Positions 47,026-57,223 of a stretch of DNA of 64,000 nucleotides are shown here, in pieces. The DNA is taken from contig OZ245013.1 in NCBI GenBank assembly GCA_965223675.1, positions 1,569,169 through 1,633,168 of the forward strand, read 5' to 3'. A program made the position numbers and the translations under genes. Each line of letters starts with the position of its first letter. Position 1 is the stretch's first letter. This stretch comes from Nitrospirales bacterium (lineage in GTDB: Bacteria > Nitrospirota > Nitrospiria > Nitrospirales > UBA8639). A model generated the notes under the pieces. The model saw only the letters and a list, made by a program, of their open reading frames with translations. It did not search any database and was not told the origin of the DNA.

Positions 47026-50000
47026 CTAAGAATTTGCGACAGCCTTGAGATCTACTTCGCCATTCTCAATGGCACGCTCCAAATCTTGAAGTCCCTCATA
47101 GTCTGGGCTGAGAAGTTGTAGAGTTTGTAAATGTGATTGGGCCTCGTAAATATTTCCTCGACGAACCTGAACCCCCGCCAATGCATATCGCATGTCACAA
47201 TTCGCTGGATTCCGCTCTACAAAGTTCGTGAGGCATGTCACTAACGCATTCCAATCAGCTAATTCAGTACCGACTTGAATTAACCAGTTCATGATTTCCA
47301 CATCATCAGGATTTTGATTCCAGGCTATCTTAAGCGTGTTCCACGCTTGTTTCGTTTTCCCTAAACCTACGTACGCCATTCCTAATCCCATTTGGGATTT
47401 TGTGGAATTGTCACCATCTTGAATAGCACGCTGAAATGCTGTAACGGCATCGACAAACCTTTGACATTGGATATGACAAACACCTTGAATATTCCATAAA
47501 TCTCCGTCATCGTTTTTATAGACAAATGCCTTGTCGAGGTGGCTCTGTGCACAGTGTATGTCACCCCGACTCAATGCCAATTTTGCGAGTACTTTCCGCA
47601 CATCAAGATCCTCTCTTGATTGAAGAACACGTTGAAAGAAGCTTTCACTTTCTCGGCCCAGGTTCATACTCGCACAGGTCTCACCTAACCATTTCAGAAT
47701 TTCAGAGTCGTCCGGCCACTCCCTCTCCCCTCTCAAGAGTTTATCAATTTCGTCTTTTAACCCTGAACTGGCTTCTGCTCCACTCTTTTTCCACCGAAAA
47801 AGAAGACGTTGAAGATCAGCAACGTTCTTGCTTTCCTGCGAATCATTAGTTGTCTGAAGAAGCCTGTAGATATATCTCCCCACCCCCCCCTCACTTGACG
47901 TTTCTAATTTAAGCCCATCTTCAAACGCCATAAAATCTTCATCGACGCAAATCGTGTTCCCCCATCGCTTCAGAAACAGTTCAACATTGTGGCTTTCATG
48001 ATTTTTTCTTCCCGGGCTTTGACTCTCTAAGTGATACATCCAACTTTTAGGCTGATAGACAATCTTCCCTCCTCGTTCTCCAATCCTTAGACAGAGATCG
48101 ATATCTTCAAATCCATTCTTGTAGTGTTCGTCATATCCCTCAGCGCTTTCAAACCAAGGACGCTTCACCAGCATGCAAGCGGCCGTCACCGCCTGAAACT
48201 CTCTTCGACGATTTCCAATTCTTCCATCATTGGGTAACCCACGATAGATGTGATAGGGCGTTAAGAGATTCCGACTAAATACCACCCCTGCATGCTGTAG
48301 AGAGCCATCAGCAAACAGAAGTTTGCTGCCCACAATCGCAATGTCATTGCTGGATTCAGCTTCTGCTACCAAGCACTTTAGCCATCCTTCCTGCGGAATT
48401 GTGTCATTATTCAGAAAGACCAGGTGCTTTCCTCGAGCCGCCTGTGCACCCTGATTGCAGCCCCTGGCAAACCCAAAATTTTCTTCATTCGAGATAATCT
48501 GCACATCCCCCTTGAGGGTTTTTAAGAATTCGTGCGTTCCATCGGTAGAATGATTATCCACGACAATCACTTCATAACTCACACTATCTGTAACCTTCGC
48601 CAGTTGAATAAGACATTGCTGGGTCAATTCTACCTTATTAAAAACTGGAATAATGATTGAACAGTCATATGGAAAGGAGTCAGGATTCTCTTTTTGATTA
48701 ATTACATCTCCAGCCTTTTGTGTAGCATTCGGATGACGCCTATACGTTCGATATTTTTCATGAATAATCTTCTGAGTTTTTAGAAAATCGTCAGGTCGCT
48801 GACTGGTCGTCGATGTGCCATCTGTGCGCCAGGTAAACTCAGCTGTCACAGACTTTATGTGATGCAAAGAAAAACACCGAGAGAGACGAATGATTAAGTC
48901 CCAATCTTCATGGGTGGAAAGTGTCTCATCGAATCCACCTACACGATCCACACACGACTTTGCATGCATGAGACATAATATCGGGATGTAGTTCTGTCGG
49001 AGAATCGCCTCTTTATTGAAATCCACTGAGTAGGGCACATCCCGGTCTTTCCTAATATACTGGCCGTTTTCTTTTATCTGCAGAACTCGATGCGCATCAG
49101 TATACGCCACTTGACAATCTGAGTTTTCTAAGCAGGATACAAGGGTCTCGATATGGTTCTCATAAAATCGATCGTCATCATCAAGATACGCGATATATTT
49201 CCCCTTAGAGAGTTTTATGCCCATATTTCGTGCATGAGACCGTTCTTTGTTTGCACCAAGACGAAGATATACTATCTTTTCTGAACCGGAGAGTGATGAG
49301 AGTTGCGTTTCCACATCACACCCACCATCATTAATCACGATCACTTCTACAGATTCATAGGTCTGGGCAAGAACACTTTTCACGGCTTCGACGAGGCGTT
49401 CTGGACGGTTAAACGTGGGAATAATCACCGAAACCATCGGCTGGTCTTTAGCGGAAACTTCGTCAGGTGATAGATCCGGAGACGCCTGTTCCATAAAAGA
49501 ATACTCCTTCTCCCCAAGACTGTTTTGAAGAGGATTCAAAGAATTGTCCTGATCGTTATCACGAAAATGTTTCATTTCTGACCCTTCCTGATTCAAAAGC
49601 TCCTGATTAGACATCCCTCCTGTGTGACGTTGGGTCAATTGACGAATCTTACCTGCCTCCTCAGACTTGCCATTTCGGGCGAGACAGCTAGACAGTAGCC
49701 AGTATATTTCTTCGCATGTTGGATAATGTTGAACGATTCGGTCATAGACTCCATGAAGTCCTTCAATGTGATTGCACAGATCCAGGGCACTTGCAAGGCC
49801 TAACAGTTCACATTCTTGTTCGGGAATATCAATACCGCGACTATACTGGCTCTGACTATTTATTCGATAGACAAAATAATCTTTCCAAAAATTAATCTGT
49901 TCACACCGAGAAAGCTTCGATTGATGCGCGGCAGAAATTTTGGTCCATTCATCCGCACGTGTTTCAAACGGCGCCACGACAGATTTCGACTCCGCTCGAC

Positions 50001-50619
50001 CTCCTTCCCTTGATTCACCAAGTATATGATCGATGTAATGGAAGACTTTCCCATGTGACGTGATTCTTAACCAGAACTCATAGTCAATTCCATATGGCAA
50101 ATCTTCCCGAAATTCACCCATTTCATCTAACAATGACTTCGAGTAAAACATGGAGGGCTGAAAAAGACCGTGCCCATTAAACCACCGAGCGACAACTGAA
50201 TGTGTGATCGGATATTTAGGAATATGCAGTCGAAGGGCGTCACCATTCTCATTAATAAACAAACCTTTTCCATACAAAACATATGATTCAGATAGTGTTG
50301 CTGCCTTCGAAACAACCTGCTGAAACACTCCTGCGTTCGAATACCGATCATCGGCCCCGATCCAGCCAATGATGTCGCCGGTAGCCATACGAATAGCTTT
50401 ATTGAGTGCCTCTGCCTCTCCATGATCAGGCTCAGAGATCCATTTAAGATGAGAATATTTTTTGAGAACTTCCACTGTTCCGTCCGTTGAGGCACCATCG
50501 ACAATAATATGCTCAAAATCCTGGAAGCTCTGGGCGAGAACACTTTCAATACATTGTGGAAGAAAGTCTGCACAATTGAACGCCGGTGTCACGATAGAAA
50601 TCTTAGGATATGCACTCAT
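47026..50619 (-). CDS. 1197-aa multidomain protein: three GT2 glycosyltransferase domains plus C-terminal TPR repeats
   Basis: GT2 no. 1 at aa ~6-225 (ISIVTPAFN...IIVDGASTDGT). GT2 no. 2 at aa ~396-600 (VSVIIPTFN...VIVINDGG...LDDDD). GT2 no. 3 at aa ~653-870 (CSIIIPVFN...VIVVDNHSTDGT...NFGFARGCNQG). TPR-like helices at aa ~975-1180. Confidence 0.85.
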   Translation of the reverse strand: MSAYPKISIVTPAFNCADFLPQCIESVLAQSFQDFEHIIVDGASTDGTVEVLKKYSHLKWISEPDHGEAEALNKAIRMATGDIIGWIGADDRYSNAGVFQQVVSKAATLSESYVLYGKGLFINENGDALRLHIPKYPITHSVVARWFNGHGLFQPSMFYSKSLLDEMGEFREDLPYGIDYEFWLRITSHGKVFHYIDHILGESREGGRAESKSVVAPFETRADEWTKISAAHQSKLSRCEQINFWKDYFVYRINSQSQYSRGIDIPEQECELLGLASALDLCNHIEGLHGVYDRIVQHYPTCEEIYWLLSSCLARNGKSEEAGKIRQLTQRHTGGMSNQELLNQEGSEMKHFRDNDQDNSLNPLQNSLGEKEYSFMEQASPDLSPDEVSAKDQPMVSVIIPTFNRPERLVEAVKSVLAQTYESVEVIVINDGGCDVETQLSSLSGSEKIVYLRLGANKERSHARNMGIKLSKGKYIAYLDDDDRFYENHIETLVSCLENSDCQVAYTDAHRVLQIKENGQYIRKDRDVPYSVDFNKEAILRQNYIPILCLMHAKSCVDRVGGFDETLSTHEDWDLIIRLSRCFSLHHIKSVTAEFTWRTDGTSTTSQRPDDFLKTQKIIHEKYRTYRRHPNATQKAGDVINQKENPDSFPYDCSIIIPVFNKVELTQQCLIQLAKVTDSVSYEVIVVDNHSTDGTHEFLKTLKGDVQIISNEENFGFARGCNQGAQAARGKHLVFLNNDTIPQEGWLKCLVAEAESSNDIAIVGSKLLFADGSLQHAGVVFSRNLLTPYHIYRGLPNDGRIGNRRREFQAVTAACMLVKRPWFESAEGYDEHYKNGFEDIDLCLRIGERGGKIVYQPKSWMYHLESQSPGRKNHESHNVELFLKRWGNTICVDEDFMAFEDGLKLETSSEGGVGRYIYRLLQTTNDSQESKNVADLQRLLFRWKKSGAEASSGLKDEIDKLLRGEREWPDDSEILKWLGETCASMNLGRESESFFQRVLQSREDLDVRKVLAKLALSRGDIHCAQSHLDKAFVYKNDDGDLWNIQGVCHIQCQRFVDAVTAFQRAIQDGDNSTKSQMGLGMAYVGLGKTKQAWNTLKIAWNQNPDDVEIMNWLIQVGTELADWNALVTCLTNFVERNPANCDMRYALAGVQVRRGNIYEAQSHLQTLQLLSPDYEGLQDLERAIENGEVDLKAVANS
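47883..47890 (-). repeat. G8 homopolymer (coding strand) inside the triple-GT2-TPR gene
   Basis: Counted directly: plus strand c-a-CCCCCCCC-t. The coding strand GAG GGG GGG GTG GGG encodes EGGVG (aa ~909-913), between GT2 no. 3 and the TPR region. Confidence 0.95.
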
Positions 50620-50681
50620 AATGATCTCGCTTCCTTACAAAAAATCACACCCCCTACGTCGTCTTACTGATCAGTTCGCAT

Positions 50682-51791
50682 TTACGAGTAAACATGATTC
50701 ATTTTGATTAATGCTCGCCCGACCTCTCCTGAATCCATAGCACGTACAACCTCATTGATTTCCTCAAGAGGATGTTCGTGAGTAATGAGCTGACCTAAAG
50801 GAAGGTCACCGCTGAGATATTTTTCAACATACAGACAAATATCACGTTCGGGAACCGTTTCCCCTCCCCACGTTCCTATCAGCTGTTTTCCCTTGATCAG
50901 ATCAAATGGATCGATTGCGATGGTCTCTCCATACGACACATTTCCCGCTAGAACACACAGTCCACCATTCGTACGCACCACACTGAATGCGTTCTCCATT
51001 GTTGTACGACTTCCAACCGCTTCAATGGCATAGTCAACCCCGTGGCCATTGGTAATTTCTAATATCTCTTTCGTCACATCTACTAATCGTGCATTCAAAG
51101 TATGAGTGGCTCCAATTGAACGAGCTTGTTCAAGCTTGTGATCGTAGACATCAACTGCGATAATCTTTTGAGTTTTCAGACAGCCCGCAGCCATCACAGC
51201 ACTCAGCCCGATTCCTCCCAGTCCAAAGACAGCCACACTCTTATCCGATTGTACCCGAGCTGTATTGAATACGATGCCAGCTCCGGTTGGAATAGCACAT
51301 CCCAACAATGCTGCCTCACGCAATGGCATGCTTCTAGGAATAGGTGTCACACGATTCTCGCTGGTAACGGTATGGCACATGAATGTACTGATGGCACCTG
51401 AGTTAATCATGCCTTTTTCGCTCTTGTATTGTGTCGCAGGAACTTCTCCCCCTTTCCCTTTGATCCATGATAAGACAACATGGTCGCCAGGCCTTACCTT
51501 CGTAACAGCAGATCCTACTTCCCGTACAATTCCTGACCCTTCATGCCCCAATGTATGAGGCAAAAACGGGTCAGGACCTTTTTGGCCCTGAATCTCCATC
51601 AATTGCGTCCGACAGACCCCACTGTAAGCCACCTCAACGAGGATCTGTTTGGGTTTCAAAGGAGGTAAAGTTACGGTGATGAGAGAAAGTGGTTCACCGG
51701 TTTCAAATAACACGGCGGCTTGAGTCGTTGACACCTTCCTCAAGCCTTCAGATACACGCTCCTTCTTCTGATCAATCAATGACGTTCCCAT
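50682..51791 (-). CDS. zinc-dependent medium-chain alcohol dehydrogenase
   Basis: GVCRTQ...GHEGSGIV Zn-binding pattern and a GLGGIG NAD-binding motif. Confidence 0.85.
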   Translation of the reverse strand: MGTSLIDQKKERVSEGLRKVSTTQAAVLFETGEPLSLITVTLPPLKPKQILVEVAYSGVCRTQLMEIQGQKGPDPFLPHTLGHEGSGIVREVGSAVTKVRPGDHVVLSWIKGKGGEVPATQYKSEKGMINSGAISTFMCHTVTSENRVTPIPRSMPLREAALLGCAIPTGAGIVFNTARVQSDKSVAVFGLGGIGLSAVMAAGCLKTQKIIAVDVYDHKLEQARSIGATHTLNARLVDVTKEILEITNGHGVDYAIEAVGSRTTMENAFSVVRTNGGLCVLAGNVSYGETIAIDPFDLIKGKQLIGTWGGETVPERDICLYVEKYLSGDLPLGQLITHEHPLEEINEVVRAMDSGEVGRALIKMNHVYS

Positions 51792-51805
51792 TCCTCACGG
51801 ACCCA

Positions 51806-52465
51806 TTACGCTGCGAGAAACCAATAATAGTCACCAGTGTATTCAGCTTCTTGAAATACCTTTTTCCAATCCCGTACATCCATGTAGGTCAATGCTGTCA
51901 GATTCCATTTCAATAACTGCTCACGTTCTTCTTCCGTCCTCCAGGCATCCATCGTCACGAACGCTGGGCCTTTCGACACTCGTTGAATTTCTTTCAAGGC
52001 TTGCCTGCAATTTTCAAGATTGAGATTGTGAACCGTATTGATAGAAATCACTAAATTAAAAGAATCGTCTGGAAATGGCAGGTCTTTGGCATTGCCAAGC
52101 TGAAGATACGGTCGAACCGATTCAAGACTGTGCTCAAGGGCATAGTTGGAGATATCTACCCCAGCTACTGTTAAGCCGGGAAGCAATTCTTTAAAATCGT
52201 GGAGCATATACCCTTTTGCACAGCCAACGTCTAGCACACTCGATTCATTCGTCAATCCGTAAAATTCAGCAAACCGCTTGACCGTTTCCTGCCAAAATCG
52301 AGGATGATAGGAGTATCCCCCGTACCCATACAGTCGATCACCATCGAAGTATTCTTTCCCAAACTTTCTCGCGACCTGACGGTGCTTCTCTTTGATAAGA
52401 GCCCCACGCTCATCAATCGGTCTTTTTGATTGAGGATAACGATCTAAAAGATTCACTTCCCCCAT
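51806..52465 (-). CDS. class I SAM-dependent methyltransferase
   Basis: VLDVGCAKGYML motif I and FNLVISINTVHNL. Confidence 0.8.
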   Translation of the reverse strand: MGEVNLLDRYPQSKRPIDERGALIKEKHRQVARKFGKEYFDGDRLYGYGGYSYHPRFWQETVKRFAEFYGLTNESSVLDVGCAKGYMLHDFKELLPGLTVAGVDISNYALEHSLESVRPYLQLGNAKDLPFPDDSFNLVISINTVHNLNLENCRQALKEIQRVSKGPAFVTMDAWRTEEEREQLLKWNLTALTYMDVRDWKKVFQEAEYTGDYYWFLAA

Positions 52466-52572
52466 TGATAGCCTCCTTCACGCCAACAATTCTGTCTATG
52501 CATATGTCTATGCTGCAGTCACGGTTCGTTATGAACCCATTTGAAAATGAGGTGACAGACGCAGACCTGTGC

Positions 52573-53823
52573 TTACGCCGTCTTTTTTAAGGTGTCTACC
52601 GCTACCGTTGCAGCATTCGAATCGGCACCTTGACGATCTTTCACGATCTTCTTATCGCCGATTTGATAAAACTCCTTCTCCATCCCGTTGATCGATTTAC
52701 CTGTAATCTTAGTAAAAATATCGAAAACCTGCGCAATCGTTTGTTCAATCGTTGAATAACGATATGTGCCCAGACGTCCTGTGGTATACACACCATCAGG
52801 AAGGGATTCCGTATACTGTTTTGCCCGATCAAGATATTTATTTATCATATAGGGATACAGTTTCCCGTTTTTTGATGGAATCTCCATAACCAGCAAAGTA
52901 TCTGGCGATTCGTAATTCGTGAGTTTTTTGTACTCGACAATTCGAGTATAGGCTTCTTTTTGAGTGTAGTGGAGAAAGCGGATATTATCCGGACACACTT
53001 CTTTGCAGGGGAGCACAAACGGGATGAAATCACGCCCAGCATAAGGAAGTTCTCCAAAGCGGTGTTGACAGACTTCTTCAATAGGAATCGAACTGACGAT
53101 AATATCTCCTTCGAGTCTGGTGCCATCTTGGAGGATGACGGCCTTATGATCGAGGTCAAAGTTCCTGACGGTTTCACCTAAAATAACCTCAAGACCAGTT
53201 GTCGTTTTATTGAAGTATGAATTGTAGCCATCGTAAGCCGTAGGATAGGCCAAGTGCGAACCTTTATAGGCAATTCGTGATCCAGTATTGATCGGATTAT
53301 CTTTCGCAGACCACGCGAATGTGTCCAATTCTTTATTACTACTGATCATCCACATCTTTTCTGAATAGTCTTTCACGAACATTTCATAGAGAGTCTTTCC
53401 AACATTTCCAATCCAATAATCTTCAAAGTTACTGTGAACTTTTTCGAGGTCACGAGCCGCCAGTTCCTCTCGAATCTGTTTTTCTTTGCGCATCCGTGGA
53501 AGATCGTCTTCATGAATTGGATAAGAGAAAAATCTTTGCTCACTTTCAACATAACTATTGAGCTCAAAATCAAGTTGCTTCAATTCAATGAATTTGTTGA
53601 CCCATTCAAAGATCTTGTCACTATAGCCATAGTACACTCGAGGACCATTCATGTAGGGATGACCGCCGTAGAAAAACGTACGACATCCACCTCCAAGATA
53701 CTTCTCTTTTTCGACAATGGTGCAATCCCAGCCTTCTTGTTTCAGCAAGTATCCGATCGTGCATCCTGAGAATCCACCACCAAGAATTATTGCTTTTTTA
53801 CTCATGAGCAGCCTCCGTAACAA
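52573..53823 (-). CDS. UDP-galactopyranose mutase-like FAD-dependent enzyme
   Basis: AIILGGGFSGCTIGYLL...VEKEKYLGGGCRT...GHPYMNGPRVY... resembles the Glf N-terminal dinucleotide-binding and GG motif pattern. Confidence 0.65.
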   Translation of the reverse strand: MLRRLLMSKKAIILGGGFSGCTIGYLLKQEGWDCTIVEKEKYLGGGCRTFFYGGHPYMNGPRVYYGYSDKIFEWVNKFIELKQLDFELNSYVESEQRFFSYPIHEDDLPRMRKEKQIREELAARDLEKVHSNFEDYWIGNVGKTLYEMFVKDYSEKMWMISSNKELDTFAWSAKDNPINTGSRIAYKGSHLAYPTAYDGYNSYFNKTTTGLEVILGETVRNFDLDHKAVILQDGTRLEGDIIVSSIPIEEVCQHRFGELPYAGRDFIPFVLPCKEVCPDNIRFLHYTQKEAYTRIVEYKKLTNYESPDTLLVMEIPSKNGKLYPYMINKYLDRAKQYTESLPDGVYTTGRLGTYRYSTIEQTIAQVFDIFTKITGKSINGMEKEFYQIGDKKIVKDRQGADSNAATVAVDTLKKTA

Positions 53824-54854
53824 TCTTTACAGTAATCACGAACTTCAACGTTTGGATCTTTCATTGCATCCCGAAAGGATGTGTACTTATTGAACCAAAT
53901 ATTCTGAAAATCATCGTAGTGTCCGAAGTCAACTACCTCTTGATTCGCAATGTAGCAGCAAGGCACGATGTGCATATCAGTCGTAAGATAGACTCGTTGG
54001 AAGGGAATTTGACAGAAACGCTCTTTGGTGAAAGAAGGATGCTGCCACCAAAACACGTCGATTCCCAGCTCTTGGCCAATCTCCATAGCCCGCTGAAGAT
54101 CTTCACTCGAAAAATCAAAAGGTGTCGACTCTGAGTTCTCGTCCTCACGCCCATAGTTGTGCATAGCAAAGCTGTAACACATTTCCTTGAAGCCAAGGTC
54201 TGCAAACACTTTTGGGAAATCATAAAATTCGTGTTTGTTCCCCTCTTGAATGACAACCCAGGCCCGCGTTTTCGTGCCATGGCCGAATTGAGTGTTATAG
54301 TCATTCAAGATCTTGGCGTTCCGCAAAAAGAGTTCCCATTCACCCCCTTGCCGGATATCTTCAAACGTTTCTTTCGATGCCCCGTCACAAGAAAGATTGA
54401 TGTCATGAATCCCCATGTCGATAAGATGCTTATAGGCATCCTCCTTATGAAGAAACGACCCGTTGAGTGTGGTGCGCACCCAAAGCTTTTTGCTAAGGGC
54501 ATATTCGCACATTCTCAGAAAGTCCTTATTCATGAGTGGCTCACCCACTCCTTGGATCTTCACTTCAATCAGCCCATACTGTTCGTCGATAAAACGCTTG
54601 AAATGCTCGAAAGACATTTGCTTTCGTTTCACGGAAAACAAGGCTGAAGGATCACACATCTTACATTTAAAGTTACAGACTTGATTAGGTTCGATATCAC
54701 AGAGCAGGGGCAAATACTTTACGTGGGAGCTAAATCGCGATGACTTGAACTTTAGATAGTTCCACAATCGCTTAGGATGCTGTAAACAGCCTAACGTTCG
54801 ATAGAAGTTGTAATGAAACCTACTTGGCACCGGCGTTCGATTAGGCATCTTCAT
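53802..54854 (-). CDS. radical SAM enzyme with a SPASM/twitch-like C-terminal Cys cluster
   Basis: CNFKCKMC (CX3CX2C), a GGEP-like GVGEPLM motif, and C-terminal cysteines (VPCCY...CKDCYGGC). Confidence 0.8.
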   Translation of the reverse strand: MKMPNRTPVPSRFHYNFYRTLGCLQHPKRLWNYLKFKSSRFSSHVKYLPLLCDIEPNQVCNFKCKMCDPSALFSVKRKQMSFEHFKRFIDEQYGLIEVKIQGVGEPLMNKDFLRMCEYALSKKLWVRTTLNGSFLHKEDAYKHLIDMGIHDINLSCDGASKETFEDIRQGGEWELFLRNAKILNDYNTQFGHGTKTRAWVVIQEGNKHEFYDFPKVFADLGFKEMCYSFAMHNYGREDENSESTPFDFSSEDLQRAMEIGQELGIDVFWWQHPSFTKERFCQIPFQRVYLTTDMHIVPCCYIANQEVVDFGHYDDFQNIWFNKYTSFRDAMKDPNVEVRDYCKDCYGGCS

Positions 54855-55642
54855 AGGTATTCTGCGTTACACCCAAAAACGTCAGTGAGGGTCTGTTGGA
54901 CACAATAACGAAACTCTTTCTCGCCTGATGGAGTATCAAATACATCCATATTTGGACGACAAGAAGGTTTGGGGAAAATGAGAGATCGATCTAATCCACG
55001 GATGTCCGCGATGAGGTCAATGGCATCAAAATACGTGAGCTGTGAATTCGCCGATACGAGAATGTTGGTACTGGTCTTCAATAATTCAGGATCGCCAAGA
55101 ACACCAAGAACATGTTTCATACTGACAGGAGCAAAGTAGTAATCGTTGAACGGTTCAATTGTCTGACCCGCTTCCAGTTCATTGACCCATTTTGCTAATC
55201 TACCGGTTTCTTTATTGATGACTTTCCCCAGCCTAACAACAGTAGCCCGTCTACCATGAAGATACTCTTCTACTTCCTTTTTTTGTGATCCATACTCGGC
55301 ACCAGAATCGTTAACTAAATCACTTGAAAGAAATACAACGTGGATATCTTGTTTTAAGAGTCTGTCAATGAGACGTTGTGTTCGTTCGACATTGATATAC
55401 CAAGTTCTCTCACGTTCTCTTTCACAGATTTTGGTGCTAGTAATGGCTATGCATACGTAGGCAATTGACACAAAATCTGGAATCTTCCATCGCCCTAACT
55501 CTGTGTCTAGATCTAATAGTTGATGCTGAGTCCCCTTGCGTCTCGTCGTTCCAACAACCTGAGTAGCACGCGCCTTAAAAAGCTCGAAAAGAGCGCTGCC
55601 AATAACGCTATGGCATCCAATAATCAGCGGCGTATCGCGCAT
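54851..55642 (-). CDS. short NAD(P)-dependent SDR, RmlD/sugar-reductase-like
   Basis: IIGCHSVIGSAL glycine-rich N-terminus and a YGSQK (YxxxK) motif. ATGA overlap with the downstream gene. Confidence 0.6.
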   Translation of the reverse strand: MRDTPLIIGCHSVIGSALFELFKARATQVVGTTRRKGTQHQLLDLDTELGRWKIPDFVSIAYVCIAITSTKICERERERTWYINVERTQRLIDRLLKQDIHVVFLSSDLVNDSGAEYGSQKKEVEEYLHGRRATVVRLGKVINKETGRLAKWVNELEAGQTIEPFNDYYFAPVSMKHVLGVLGDPELLKTSTNILVSANSQLTYFDAIDLIADIRGLDRSLIFPKPSCRPNMDVFDTPSGEKEFRYCVQQTLTDVFGCNAEYL

Positions 55643-56310
55643 GCCAGAGCTAAAAAATAATTGGCCATCTTAGAAAATCCAGTATGAACGACCTCGTCAT
55701 TCATTGAAAAAATAAAGACGTTATAGAAATATTCCTCTAACAAACTTTTCATACCCTCATAATCTTTGCAATTCACATGACCGGCTCGACTTGGTGGAGA
55801 CGCATAGGGTTGAGAATGAATAGTGGGAGATCCGAGAATCAAGACTCCGTATGGATCCAATGAGTGTTGAATGTTTCGTATGAAGGCATGTTCATTCTCA
55901 GGATCGATATGTTCGAGTAGGTCTAACGAGTAGGCGGCATCAAATGTTTGATCGAAAGGGCTCTCCAAGATGTCGTGCTCAATGGCCGTCAACTTCCAAT
56001 CGTGATTCATTCGTGCTCTCACATCTTCGACAAAAACTGGATCAACGTCGGCAGCCGTCACATGCCCGACATGCTGCTGCACAATGCGAGTTCCAAATGC
56101 ATCGGCTGAGCCAACTTCAACAACACGTTTCCGACCTTGAAGCATCTTGGCAACGAACTTATAGCGCGCAAGCAAAAACACCAGTCGCTTGGGATCGTCA
56201 TGCCAGGTCTGGTTACTCATAATTCCGAGCTGTGTCAAACCATACTGCTCCTGAACGTCTATACAACGACTGTACTGTGGCTCTACTGTTTTTAGTGTCA
56301 CTTTACTCAT
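55624..56310 (-). CDS. class I SAM-dependent methyltransferase
   Basis: VVEVGSADAFGTRIV motif I and a FDAAYSLDLLEHI motif. Confidence 0.8.
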   Translation of the reverse strand: MSKVTLKTVEPQYSRCIDVQEQYGLTQLGIMSNQTWHDDPKRLVFLLARYKFVAKMLQGRKRVVEVGSADAFGTRIVQQHVGHVTAADVDPVFVEDVRARMNHDWKLTAIEHDILESPFDQTFDAAYSLDLLEHIDPENEHAFIRNIQHSLDPYGVLILGSPTIHSQPYASPPSRAGHVNCKDYEGMKSLLEEYFYNVFIFSMNDEVVHTGFSKMANYFLALACAIRR

Positions 56311-56317
56311 AATCGCT

Positions 56318-57223
56318 CTACGTATTCACAAGAGAATACGATCCACTTACGTTAAATTTTGGAATAATCTGCTGAACAAGCATAAAGTTTTTCTGGCTCC
56401 ACAGATCTGGGTTCTGAAGAATAACGAGTACTGCTTCATGTTGAAAATGATTCATGATGTTTCCCCAGATGAAAGACGGAACAATATCCTGAAATTCAGG
56501 CGAGTTAAGAAGATTAAAAATATTTTTCAACACGATGGACTGCTGCTTCCAATTTTTTCGGCCTACTTCGGAATGAGAGGTATCGCGAACTCTAAGGGTG
56601 ACAAGACATTCAGGAATAAAACACACCCCATAGCGCATCGCAACGACAAGCCACCCAAACCAATCGCTGTGCCAGAGCAATTCTGGGCGATAACCACCCA
56701 AATCCATGAACGGTTGTTTTTTGACCACGACCGTCGTTCCAGAAATCCAGTGCCCATTCACAACATGTGCGAACTCTCTTCCAGAAAAAAAACACGAGTT
56801 CTCTGACCAATGACTTCGTGATTCTGTCATAACACCCGAAGAGTGCAGGTAATACAGATCGCTACAGCAGATCCCTGCCTCAGGGTGTCGTTCTAGCATA
56901 GCCATAGATTTTTCGAGCCAGCTCGGGTCATTCGAGTCATCCATCGAGACAAACGCCACATATTCGGAATGGATCTCTTTAAGTGCACGATTAAAAGCAT
57001 AAACGACGCCTTGATTTCGTTCGCTGATTAATACACGGACGTGAGGATACTGAGCAGCAACGGCTTTGATCACCTCCAGACTATTGTCCGTAGATCCATC
57101 ATCTATGATGATCAGTTCGTTCGGTTGCCGAGTTTGTTTTAAAACACCCTCTACAGCCTGAGGGATCATTTCAGCATCATTGTAATTTGGCATAATGACA
57201 GCCAATGTTATCGCGTTAGCCAT
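56318..57223 (-). CDS. GT2 glycosyltransferase
   Basis: LAVIMPNYNDAEMI...LIIIDDGSTDNS...VSMDD (DxD). Confidence 0.85.
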   Translation of the reverse strand: MANAITLAVIMPNYNDAEMIPQAVEGVLKQTRQPNELIIIDDGSTDNSLEVIKAVAAQYPHVRVLISERNQGVVYAFNRALKEIHSEYVAFVSMDDSNDPSWLEKSMAMLERHPEAGICCSDLYYLHSSGVMTESRSHWSENSCFFSGREFAHVVNGHWISGTTVVVKKQPFMDLGGYRPELLWHSDWFGWLVVAMRYGVCFIPECLVTLRVRDTSHSEVGRKNWKQQSIVLKNIFNLLNSPEFQDIVPSFIWGNIMNHFQHEAVLVILQNPDLWSQKNFMLVQQIIPKFNVSGSYSLVNT

